Source of the DNA: Bacteroidales bacterium
GTDB lineage: Bacteria; Bacteroidota; Bacteroidia; Bacteroidales; VadinHA17
Assembly (NCBI GenBank): GCA_046706585.1
Contig: JBJKPH010000463.1
Coordinates: 1-25,761, forward strand
DNA: 25,761 bases
Direction: 5' to 3'
Below, one piece after another: positions 1 through 7,766 of the stretch (position 1 is its first letter; each line of letters begins with the position of its first letter). The notes under the pieces are model-generated. The model was not told where the DNA came from and ran no database searches. It saw only the letters and a list, made by a program, of their open reading frames with translations. Position numbers and translations under genes: made by a program.

Positions 1-217
1 TACTAATAATTAGCCTGTGTTTAATTCATCTGCTGCCTTCCTGTAATTACAATACATCTGCAGACAGTGCTTCCGTTAAAGCATACTTCGCTTTCAATTG
101 TTCCTTTAGCAAGTGGTTCGGCTTTAACCGTTACAACAGGCATCGGCTCTTCGTCTGCAGATGTATTGTTATTACAGGAAGGCAGCAGATGAATTAAACT
201 CAGGCTAATTATTAGTA
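1..217. repeat. Long inverted repeat (1-65 vs 153-217), probable fold-back chimera at the sequence end
   Basis: The reverse complement of 1-65 matches 153-217 at 63/65 positions, with an 87-nt spacer; the left arm runs exactly to base 1. Confidence 0.9.
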
Positions 218-233
218 ATAATGATTGTTTCAT
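21..233 (-). pseudogene. N-terminal fragment of an efflux RND periplasmic adaptor (MFP)-like lipoprotein, truncated by the inverted repeat
   Basis: Lipoprotein signal ending LPSC, then PVVTVKAEPLAKGTIESEVCFNGSTV, typical of MFP N-termini; starts 4 nt after the tolC stop. Residues after ...STV come from the inverted copy, so the truncation may be artefactual. Confidence 0.65.
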
Positions 234-237
234 CTAA

Positions 238-1530
238 TTAATAATTAAGGTAATTATAGGAATTGATCAAGAATTGCTTTTCTGATTTAAGCAGAAGTAA
301 TTCCTGCTTATTCGCTGATATATCCTGAAGCAGGTTTTTAAAATCCATTACCGATGCTTCCCCAATACTTAACTCTTTTGAGTATGCATCATATAGTTTG
401 CCATATGTAACGGCCTGTTTTTCTGTCAGCATTATTCTCTCATCAACCGATTCAATCTGTTCCAGTATCTTGTTTTTGTTGATCTCATTCTGCGTCATGA
501 AATGATTCTTGTTGAATTCCAGGGTCTGCAGGTTGATAGCCGATCGTTTCCTCTGTATATCCCGCTGGTTTCCGTCAAAAATATTCCAGGTAAAAGAAAG
601 ACCGGCACTTATTCCGAACCTTTTAGGAGATGGCAGGTAGGCAGCATTTAGCCCGGCATCAGCGAACAGATCAAGTTGTGGCTTATACTTCAGTTCATCA
701 ATAGCCTGCTCTGAAAGTATATCCAGGCTGTCGAGCCTGAACCCGACGAGGAATCCGGATGTTGCTGAAACCTCTTGATCTATCGTAATATCAATATCCT
801 GTAATCTTACAATGGATGTGTCGGATATTCCACAAACAAGGTTCAGATCAAAAAGATTCGAGGCATATTCCGACTGTTGCGATTTATGTTCAAGGTTATA
901 ATTCTCCAGTTCGATCTGCATCAGCATAAGGTCTGTCTGCTTATATATTCCGTTAACTACCAGTTTCTGCAGCAATCTGTATTTTTCTTCAAGCTCCCTG
1001 ATAAGCGACCGGGTATTTTCTGCCTCTTTTGCCGATTTAGTACAAAGAAGATATTGATAGGCCACTACCTGGTTCAATTCATGTTCGGTAAGAGCTATAT
1101 CATTTTCATTTATCTGTTTTGATATGTCTGCCTTATTTGAATATACTTCAAGTTTGGATGCCGCCAGTAGTGGCTTTCTGACAGAAACCATAGCCGTGTA
1201 ATTACCTCCGTCGGTAATAGCCAGATCGTGACCGATATAATTCGTTGCGTTCTCTGATGCCAATTGAAACCTGGTTTTGTTATTGTCCATTGAAACAATC
1301 GGAGAAAATACAAATCCCGATACCAGATTTATTTCAGGTTTATACAGTATCCTGTTCATCTGCTCCAGATCAAGGGATACGATCGCGTTTTCATTGTTTG
1401 CCTGGTTAATCAAAGGACTGTTCGCCCGGGCCTGTTCAATATAGTAGCCAAGATCCCTCTCCTGGGCATTAACGGACAAAGAACCTGTAATTACAAGGAG
1501 TATAGAAATTACTGTTTTTTTCACCTTCAT
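238..1530 (-). CDS. TolC-family outer membrane efflux protein
   Basis: 430 aa, signal peptide (VNA-Q), helical repeats, YKPQLDLFADAG and GLSFTWNIFDG beta-strand motifs of the OEP family; upstream of an MFP-like gene. Confidence 0.85.
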   Translation of the reverse strand: MKVKKTVISILLVITGSLSVNAQERDLGYYIEQARANSPLINQANNENAIVSLDLEQMNRILYKPEINLVSGFVFSPIVSMDNNKTRFQLASENATNYIGHDLAITDGGNYTAMVSVRKPLLAASKLEVYSNKADISKQINENDIALTEHELNQVVAYQYLLCTKSAKEAENTRSLIRELEEKYRLLQKLVVNGIYKQTDLMLMQIELENYNLEHKSQQSEYASNLFDLNLVCGISDTSIVRLQDIDITIDQEVSATSGFLVGFRLDSLDILSEQAIDELKYKPQLDLFADAGLNAAYLPSPKRFGISAGLSFTWNIFDGNQRDIQRKRSAINLQTLEFNKNHFMTQNEINKNKILEQIESVDERIMLTEKQAVTYGKLYDAYSKELSIGEASVMDFKNLLQDISANKQELLLLKSEKQFLINSYNYLNY

Positions 1531-1567
1531 TAATTATGATTTGATATGAATCTAAAACCCCATTATA

Positions 1568-1575
1568 CAAACCTA
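1568..1575 (-). promoter_or_regulatory. Bacteroidota -7 promoter element (TAGGTTTG) for the tolC operon
   Basis: Matches TAnnTTTG, 37 nt upstream of the tolC ATG; no TTTG -33 element at 19-21 nt spacing. Confidence 0.5.
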
Positions 1576-1654
1576 TTAAAAATATTCAATTTGTTAAGGC
1601 TGTACTTTACGGTTGTGTAGCATATTTTAGGGGGGAAGTTTGGATTAAATGCGT

Positions 1655-1662
1655 TATTTTTG
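1655..1662 (+). promoter_or_regulatory. Putative -7 element (TATTTTTG) for the two-component operon
   Basis: TAnnTTTG match 23 nt upstream of the response regulator ATG. Confidence 0.45.
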
Positions 1663-1685
1663 AAGTTCTTAATTATCGATAAGGT

Positions 1686-2366
1686 ATGAGAGTATTGCTG
1701 GTTGAGGATGAGAACGAGCTTGCACAATCGATAGCATCCTATCTCAGGAAGAATGAGAAGATCGATTGCGATATGGCCGAAAATATGGCACGTGCGACCG
1801 AACTGGCCGATCTTTATGATTATGACTGTTATATTGTGGATATCGGGCTTCCCGACGGAAGCGGACTTGACCTGATAAGGATAATTAAAGAAAAGGACAA
1901 TAAGGCAGGAATAATAATCATTTCGGCAAGGGACTCAATAGACGACAGGATAACCGGGCTGAATATCGGAGCCGACGACTACCTTGTAAAACCTTTCCAC
2001 CTTTCGGAACTGAACGCAAGGCTTTATTCACTGGTAAGGCGGCTGAAGTTCGACGGGAACAGTGTTTTCGTGATAAACGAGATCTCGGTCGATCCGCAGA
2101 GCAGAAGCGTACGAATACATGATGAAGCTCTCGACCTGACAAAGAGTGAATATAACCTTTTGCTGTACTTCATTACAAACAAGAACCAGGTAATATCAAA
2201 AACATCTATTGCCGAACACCTTGCCGGTGAATATGTTGACATACTTGATTCGCTCGACTTTGTGTACCTGCATATTAAAAACCTGAGAAAGAAAATGATA
2301 GCAAAAGGTTGCAATGATTATATTAAAACTGTTTACGGTGTCGGTTATAAATTCGAGGTAGAATGA
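1686..2366 (+). CDS. OmpR/PhoB-family response regulator
   Basis: Receiver motifs LLVEDE, IVDIGLPDGSG (phospho-Asp), ISA, GADDYLVKPF; winged-helix C-terminus IKTVYGVGY. Confidence 0.95.
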   Translation: MRVLLVEDENELAQSIASYLRKNEKIDCDMAENMARATELADLYDYDCYIVDIGLPDGSGLDLIRIIKEKDNKAGIIIISARDSIDDRITGLNIGADDYLVKPFHLSELNARLYSLVRRLKFDGNSVFVINEISVDPQSRSVRIHDEALDLTKSEYNLLLYFITNKNQVISKTSIAEHLAGEYVDILDSLDFVYLHIKNLRKKMIAKGCNDYIKTVYGVGYKFEVE

Positions 2367-3667
2367 AGTTGCTTACCAAAACAAGCATTCTTATTATTAC
2401 TGTCAGTATATTTATTTTCTGGGCGGGCAACATTGTTTTTTTCTACATTTCCAGGGAGATGATCAATAAATATATCGATTCAGAGCTGGAAACACAGATG
2501 AATTTTGTGGATGCCCAACTCGACCTGGCAAACAGCGGATCGGGAGAAATAACTGTTCTTGACAAGATATCGGTCACAGATGTTGATATAGATGAGATCA
2601 CAACACCGGTCTTTAAGGATACTGTATTGTTCAGTTTTGCCGATCAGCATTACATCCCTCACCGGGCACTTACCTTTTATCACAAAACCAATAACCGTTA
2701 CCAGGAAATTACCATATATAAATCGCTGCTTGCGTCGGACAAACTTATCGAGAGGATCTCCGTATCGTCGATCATTCTCCTGATATCATTTATTGTAATG
2801 ATATATTTCCTTAACCGTTACATCTTTGCAAATGTCTGGTCGGAGTTCTCCGCCAGTCTGATGAGGGTGGAGGATTATGACATAAAAAGCTCTGTGAGCC
2901 TCGAACTGCCCGACTCGGATATTGATGAGTTCGATAAATTGAACAGGGTTTTGCTTGAAATGGTTGACAGGATCCAGTCTGACTACAGAAGCCTGAAAGT
3001 ACTTACTGCCAACACATCGCATGAAATTCAGACACCACTTGCAATAATCAGGAATAAGGCAGAGATCCTTATGCAATCAGAAAATCTGGGAGAGCCGGAG
3101 ATGGAACTTCTGGGATCAATTCTTTCAACCACCGAACGGCTTTCGAAACTTAACCAGTCATTATTACTGATTGCCAGGATCGAAAATCATCAGTTTGAGG
3201 AATCCGAAATGATCAGTTTACCATCTGCCATTGAAAAGAATATTAGTAATCTTGACATCCTGCTGGAGGAAGAAAATATAAAGATAAACCAATCACTGGA
3301 AGATTGCCCGGTAATTATCAACCCGGTCCTGCTTGATGTTCTGATCTCCAACCTGCTGAAAAACGCCATCACGCACGGTGAAAAAGGCCATGTGATAGAT
3401 GTCGGAATAAGATCATGTGTTTTGTCTGTTTCGAATGCCGGGGAACCGCTTTCGTTCCCATCAGAGTTTCTTTTCAAGCGTTTTTTCAAGGGATCGGGCA
3501 AAAAGGGTAGCACCGGGATCGGACTTGAGATCGTTCGCAAGGTGTGTAATTATTATAAAATAGGGGTTAGACATGCTTACGATGGTGGCATTCACACTTT
3601 CATGGTCGATTTCTCATCAATATCAGAAGCGGACAGAAGTAGTGAAAATGGAAATAAAAAAAGCTAA
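2363..3667 (+). CDS. Membrane-bound sensor histidine kinase
   Basis: Two TM segments, H-box SHEIQTPLAII, N-box NLLKNAITH, F-box FKRF, G2 GIGL; ATGA overlap with the response regulator. Confidence 0.95.
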   Translation: MKLLTKTSILIITVSIFIFWAGNIVFFYISREMINKYIDSELETQMNFVDAQLDLANSGSGEITVLDKISVTDVDIDEITTPVFKDTVLFSFADQHYIPHRALTFYHKTNNRYQEITIYKSLLASDKLIERISVSSIILLISFIVMIYFLNRYIFANVWSEFSASLMRVEDYDIKSSVSLELPDSDIDEFDKLNRVLLEMVDRIQSDYRSLKVLTANTSHEIQTPLAIIRNKAEILMQSENLGEPEMELLGSILSTTERLSKLNQSLLLIARIENHQFEESEMISLPSAIEKNISNLDILLEEENIKINQSLEDCPVIINPVLLDVLISNLLKNAITHGEKGHVIDVGIRSCVLSVSNAGEPLSFPSEFLFKRFFKGSGKKGSTGIGLEIVRKVCNYYKIGVRHAYDGGIHTFMVDFSSISEADRSSENGNKKS

Positions 3668-3670
3668 GAG

Positions 3671-4114
3671 ATGCACGGGATATATCCATATTTCATAAAA
3701 TTTCATGTGATATTCAGTGTAATATTCCTGATAACAATTGTATATATTTCAATCAGGTCGATAACCGGCTGGATTAAAAAGAGGGAATATGGCAAAACAG
3801 AAGACCGCCTAAGAAAGATCTATTTATACCTGCTGTATACCGACCTGCTGCTTGGAATTATTCTTTACTTTTTTCTTCAGAAACCGGCCGAGACAATCAC
3901 CATGGAACAGGCCATGACCTTTTCAAACCTCAGGTTCTGGGCAATAAGACATTTCTCCAATGTAGTCTTTGTGGTGATCCTTTGTACAACCGGTAATTTA
4001 CTTATCAGGAGCACTACATTATCAGGGAAAAAATTCAAGTACACTGTCTTTTATTTCGGGATATCTACTGTAATTATTATCATTTCGGTCGCCCTGTTTG
4101 CCCTAAGAAAATAA
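3671..4114 (+). CDS. Four-TM membrane protein resembling a Bacteroidota family often labelled cytochrome B-like; function unknown
   Basis: 147 aa, four hydrophobic segments, DLLLGIILYF and LRFWAIRH motifs; starts 3 nt after the kinase stop. Confidence 0.7.
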   Translation: MHGIYPYFIKFHVIFSVIFLITIVYISIRSITGWIKKREYGKTEDRLRKIYLYLLYTDLLLGIILYFFLQKPAETITMEQAMTFSNLRFWAIRHFSNVVFVVILCTTGNLLIRSTTLSGKKFKYTVFYFGISTVIIIISVALFALRK

Positions 4115-4291
4115 TTTAAATCTTTTTTTTGCGCGCCATATGGCTGTCGCACAGCACATTATGTCTAGATGTGCAAATTATTGTCATATCATCAGATTTT
4201 CTACAGGATTGGAGTATATTTTTGAACCGAGATAATAAGAGAAGAGCTGCCTTGAGAAAGCAGTAAGATAATTTCACATAGTAGCAGAATC

Positions 4292-4328
4292 AAGTAACAT
4301 TTAAGCAGATGTTACTTTTTTCTTTTTT
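4292..4328 (+). terminator. Possible intrinsic terminator
   Basis: AAGTAACAT (4292-4300) / ATGTTACTT (4309-4317) 9-bp stem followed by a T-rich tract; the stem is AT-rich, so it may be weak. Confidence 0.45.
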
Positions 4329-4340
4329 AGTCCCCCACCC

Positions 4341-4550
4341 GTTAGTCGCAGATCTCCAAATCCGGACCAACAATAAAAGCTCGTTAGTCGCAGATCTCCG
4401 AATCTGCGACTTTTGTGTTTCATACCATTTAATTGTAGTTGGGGTCGAGATTACAAATCTCGACCAACAAAATGGTCCGGATTCGGAGATCCGGACCAAC
4501 GTAAAGGGGGGAGATCCGGACCAACGTAAAGGGGGGAGATCCCGATCAAT
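4341..4550. repeat. Cluster of REP-like palindromic elements plus a 25-bp tandem repeat
   Basis: Perfect stems AGTCGCAGAT/ATCTGCGACT (4386-4411), GGTCGAGAT/ATCTCGACC (4443-4465) and TGGTCCGGAT/ATCCGGACCA (4473-4498); hybrid copy at 4341-4371; unit GGAGATCCGGACCAACGTAAAGGGG repeated ~2.3x (4485-4542). Lies between convergent genes. Confidence 0.8.
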
Positions 4551-4553
4551 ACC

Positions 4554-6683
4554 TTAACTCAGTGCTTCCAGCACTCTTTCGGGGGTCATGGGCAGCTGCC
4601 ACAGTCTTGCCCCGGTTGCGTCGCAGATAGCATTTGCCACCACTGCGCCCATATTTATTATTGCAGGCTCGCCTCCGCCCTGGGGTGGCTCATCCTGTTT
4701 ATCCATAAATACCGATTCTATTTTTGGAAGCCATGAGAATCTCGGAAGTTCGTATGTGTCAAAATTGTTCGTTTTGATCATTGCCCCTTCATACTCGATA
4801 TCCTCGCTCAGGGTATAGCCCATACCCATTGTCACACAACCCTCGATCTGGAGTTTTGCTCCCTCGGGGTTAACCACCAGGCCCATATCCTGTACACACA
4901 CAACCCTGATAACCTGAACATGTCCTGTCTTCCTGTCAACTTTTACTTCGGCCATCAGCGCCACATAGGTTCCGGCATCTATTCCGCACGCAACACCCAC
5001 TCCATGATCAGCAGGCAGGTTATCCCTCTTCCCGAACTTTTCATTTACGGTTTTTACCACTCCGGTCATCTTCTCATCTTTCAGGTTCATCAGACGGAAT
5101 TTGACAGGGTCGATACCCACTTTCCGGGCCATTATATCGATCTGCGATTCACGCGCAAACGAGTTTGTATTATTGGCAGGAGCTCTCCATGCCCCCACTG
5201 CGAACGGGTGGACTGAAGACCTTCCGCTCCAGCCCGGTCCGTGTACTTTTGTCACATGGTTCGGGATATCATAGAATTGCTGTGATCCCCTTTCGCCTGC
5301 GCAAAAGACGCCATAATCCCAGTAAACGATCTTTCCTTCTTTGGTCACACCCGAACTGATCTTCACAACACCTGCAGGCCTGTAAGTATCATAAAAGAAT
5401 TCTTCCTCCCTGGTCCATGCAACCTGCACCGGTTTTCCAGTGATCTTTGCCAGCCGCGCTGCTTCAATAGCCTGTCCTCCTGCGCTTTTGCCGCCGAACC
5501 CGCCTCCGACAAAGATCTGCATTACATGTACATTTTCGGATTTAAAACCCAGGGCATTTGCCACCTGGTCTTTTAACGGGAACGGGGTTTGCGTTGATGC
5601 CCAAACCGTAGCTTTCCCGTTTTCAACAACAACTGTTGCGGTATGCGGTTCCATAGGAGAATGAGCTACATACCCGTCGAGGTACTTACTTTCAACAAGT
5701 ATTTCAGATTCTGCCCTTCCTTTGCCGAGATCTCCCCCGTTTGCTACAGAATCTCCGTCGGGAGCATTCTTCAGGATATAATCGAAAATTGTTTTCTCAT
5801 TTATCTCCGAGGATGGTGTATCAAAGTCGGCTTTTATCATTGTAACCGCCCCGGCTGCCACGTCGGGAGATTCGTGAAGGACAGCAATCAGGCCCTCCTG
5901 ATTCACCACTTTAAGACCATCAATCTTTTCTACTGCCGACAGATCAACGCTGACCAGCTTTGAGTCGTGTGAAGGTGGTCTGAGGAGCCGGGCATACAAC
6001 ATCCCCGGCAGGTGAATATCTCCGGCATATTTTGCCTTCCCTGTTACTTTCTCGTGTGAGTCGCGGCGCATATAGTCTTTTCCCATTACCCTGAGTTCTG
6101 AAGGAGCTTTAACAGGTACATCGCCATCAATGATTTTTGCAATTTTCTGTCCTTTTGCCAGTTCGGCATAGGTAGCCATTTTAGCGGGTTGTCCTTTAAC
6201 AGATACTACACCGTCGACGGCCTGCAGTTGTTCCCCGGGCACCTTCAGTTTATCAGAAGCTAGTTTAATCAGGGTGGCTCTTGCTTCGGCTCCGGCAGCC
6301 CTCAGTGGTGGACCAAAAAATCTGGTCGACATCGATCCGAAAGTTCCCATGTCCCATGGGCAAAGATCGGTATCGCCCATAACCATTTCTATATTTTCGA
6401 CCGTTACATCGAGCTCATCTGCCAGCATCTGGGCCAGTGAGGTAATAACCCCCTGCCCCATCTCGATCTTTCCTGTAAACAGTTTGACCATACCCGTTTC
6501 TTCCACGAGGAGGTAAGCATTAAAGTCGGAAGGCATGCCACGCTGGGCCATAAGTTCACTGCTGCCGACTGTAAAAGCCACTACTATCCCACCACCGAGA
6601 TATTTAAGAAAATCCCTCCTGTCGATATCGGCGGGTGATTTTATGTCTTTAAAATCCTTTTTCAGGTACCTGTCGTTTTTCAT
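4554..6683 (-). CDS. Xanthine dehydrogenase family molybdopterin-binding subunit (IorB-like) with Tat signal
   Basis: RRDFLK twin-arginine motif; GKIEMGQG, DLCPWDMGTFGS, KVTGKAKYAGD, GGGFGGK and the catalytic GGGEP motif. Confidence 0.92.
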   Translation of the reverse strand: MKNDRYLKKDFKDIKSPADIDRRDFLKYLGGGIVVAFTVGSSELMAQRGMPSDFNAYLLVEETGMVKLFTGKIEMGQGVITSLAQMLADELDVTVENIEMVMGDTDLCPWDMGTFGSMSTRFFGPPLRAAGAEARATLIKLASDKLKVPGEQLQAVDGVVSVKGQPAKMATYAELAKGQKIAKIIDGDVPVKAPSELRVMGKDYMRRDSHEKVTGKAKYAGDIHLPGMLYARLLRPPSHDSKLVSVDLSAVEKIDGLKVVNQEGLIAVLHESPDVAAGAVTMIKADFDTPSSEINEKTIFDYILKNAPDGDSVANGGDLGKGRAESEILVESKYLDGYVAHSPMEPHTATVVVENGKATVWASTQTPFPLKDQVANALGFKSENVHVMQIFVGGGFGGKSAGGQAIEAARLAKITGKPVQVAWTREEEFFYDTYRPAGVVKISSGVTKEGKIVYWDYGVFCAGERGSQQFYDIPNHVTKVHGPGWSGRSSVHPFAVGAWRAPANNTNSFARESQIDIMARKVGIDPVKFRLMNLKDEKMTGVVKTVNEKFGKRDNLPADHGVGVACGIDAGTYVALMAEVKVDRKTGHVQVIRVVCVQDMGLVVNPEGAKLQIEGCVTMGMGYTLSEDIEYEGAMIKTNNFDTYELPRFSWLPKIESVFMDKQDEPPQGGGEPAIINMGAVVANAICDATGARLWQLPMTPERVLEALS

Positions 6684-7162
6684 AGCTCGTTCCCTCCTTT
6701 TATTTCTGCTGCTGCAGTCTGGATTGCCTTAACAACTCTCAGGTGTGATCCGCAGCGGCAAAGATTGTCATCCATCCCTTCGATTATCTCATCATAGGTC
6801 GGATCGGGATTCTTAGCCAGAAGACCGTAGGCTGTCAGAATCATACCGGGCGTGCAATAACCGCATTGTAAAGCATCATTGTCGACAAATGCCTGTTGCA
6901 GGAAATGAAGCTCGTTGCCATTAGCAAGGCCTTCAATAGTTCGAATATTTTTCCCTTCAACCTCGCTCATCGAAACCGTGCATGATCTTACCGGTTCCTT
7001 GCCGATAAGTACAGTACATGAACCGCAAAAGCCCATTCCGCAACCAAATTTCGTTCCGGTAAGGCCAAAGTTATTTCTCAATACCCACAACAGGGTATAT
7101 TCCCTGTCGAGGTTAAACTCCACAGGTTTTCCATTCAGGTTAAAACGAATGATCTTAGCCAT
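6680..7162 (-). CDS. (2Fe-2S)-binding small subunit (IorA/CoxS-like)
   Basis: GTKFGCGMGFCGSCTV...C and QCGYCTPG...NLCRC cluster motifs; ATGA overlap with the Mo subunit. Confidence 0.95.
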   Translation of the reverse strand: MAKIIRFNLNGKPVEFNLDREYTLLWVLRNNFGLTGTKFGCGMGFCGSCTVLIGKEPVRSCTVSMSEVEGKNIRTIEGLANGNELHFLQQAFVDNDALQCGYCTPGMILTAYGLLAKNPDPTYDEIIEGMDDNLCRCGSHLRVVKAIQTAAAEIKGGNEL

Positions 7163-7766
7163 GTTTTTTAATATTATTTAGTTCTTTTTCATACTCTTCC
7201 CTGATATCTATATCTTTCAGTATATCTTCTTCTTCCACTTCCACTTCACAGGTCTCTTTCCTGTGCCTCTCCATGAAGGTTTTAAGATTCTCTTCATCGT
7301 GCATTGACAGTATTTCCCCGAAATAATCCCTTCCTATCAACACCGGGTGTCCCCTCCGTCCTTTGAAAACAGGAACCAGGATCCCCCGGGCAGATGCTTT
7401 TTCACATCCTACTATTTTATCGATCACTTCGCTGGTTATCATTGGCTGGTCGCCCAGCATCACCAGGGCCGAACCGGCCTGCTGCGGAAGCGCCCCGATA
7501 CCTTTTTTCACGGATGTGAACATCCCCTTTTTGTAAGATTCATTGTATACTTTCACGGGGTCATGGTCCAATAGAGCCTGTTCTATTCTTTCGTGACCGG
7601 AACCAGTAACCACCACTGTTCCGCCGACGGCAGACCTGGCACATTCGTCGACCACTTTCCCGATCATTGTTGTATGACCAAAAGGTAAAAGCAGTTTCTG
7701 CTTTTTCATTCTCGTTGACTCTCCGGCAGCAAGAATAACTGCCCATGTTTTTACCCTGTCCCTCAT
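7155..7766 (-). CDS. mocA: Molybdenum cofactor cytidylyltransferase (MocA-like nucleotidyltransferase)
   Basis: ILAAGESTRM, KLLLPF, LGDQP, GHPVL and DID motifs; located inside an Xdh-family operon. Confidence 0.8.
   Translation of the reverse strand: MRDRVKTWAVILAAGESTRMKKQKLLLPFGHTTMIGKVVDECARSAVGGTVVVTGSGHERIEQALLDHDPVKVYNESYKKGMFTSVKKGIGALPQQAGSALVMLGDQPMITSEVIDKIVGCEKASARGILVPVFKGRRGHPVLIGRDYFGEILSMHDEENLKTFMERHRKETCEVEVEEEDILKDIDIREEYEKELNNIKKHG

Noticed and set aside
1541-1554. FNR-box-like TTGAT-N4-ATCTA upstream of tolC
   Set aside because: A single one-mismatch hit in AT-rich DNA; no second instance seen near other promoters, and the local Crp/Fnr protein lacks the FNR Ser.
4341-4550. 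Mini CRISPR array (GTT...AAC ends resemble Bacteroidota type II-C/VI-B repeats)
   Set aside because: The units are not identical, are fully palindromic, have gaps of only ~4-26 nt, and no cas genes are present.
4290-4557. ORFs 4290-4499 (-) and 4309-4557 (+)
   Set aside because: They are translations of the palindromes and tandem repeat (e.g. repeated VADL.I and KGG); no protein-like features.
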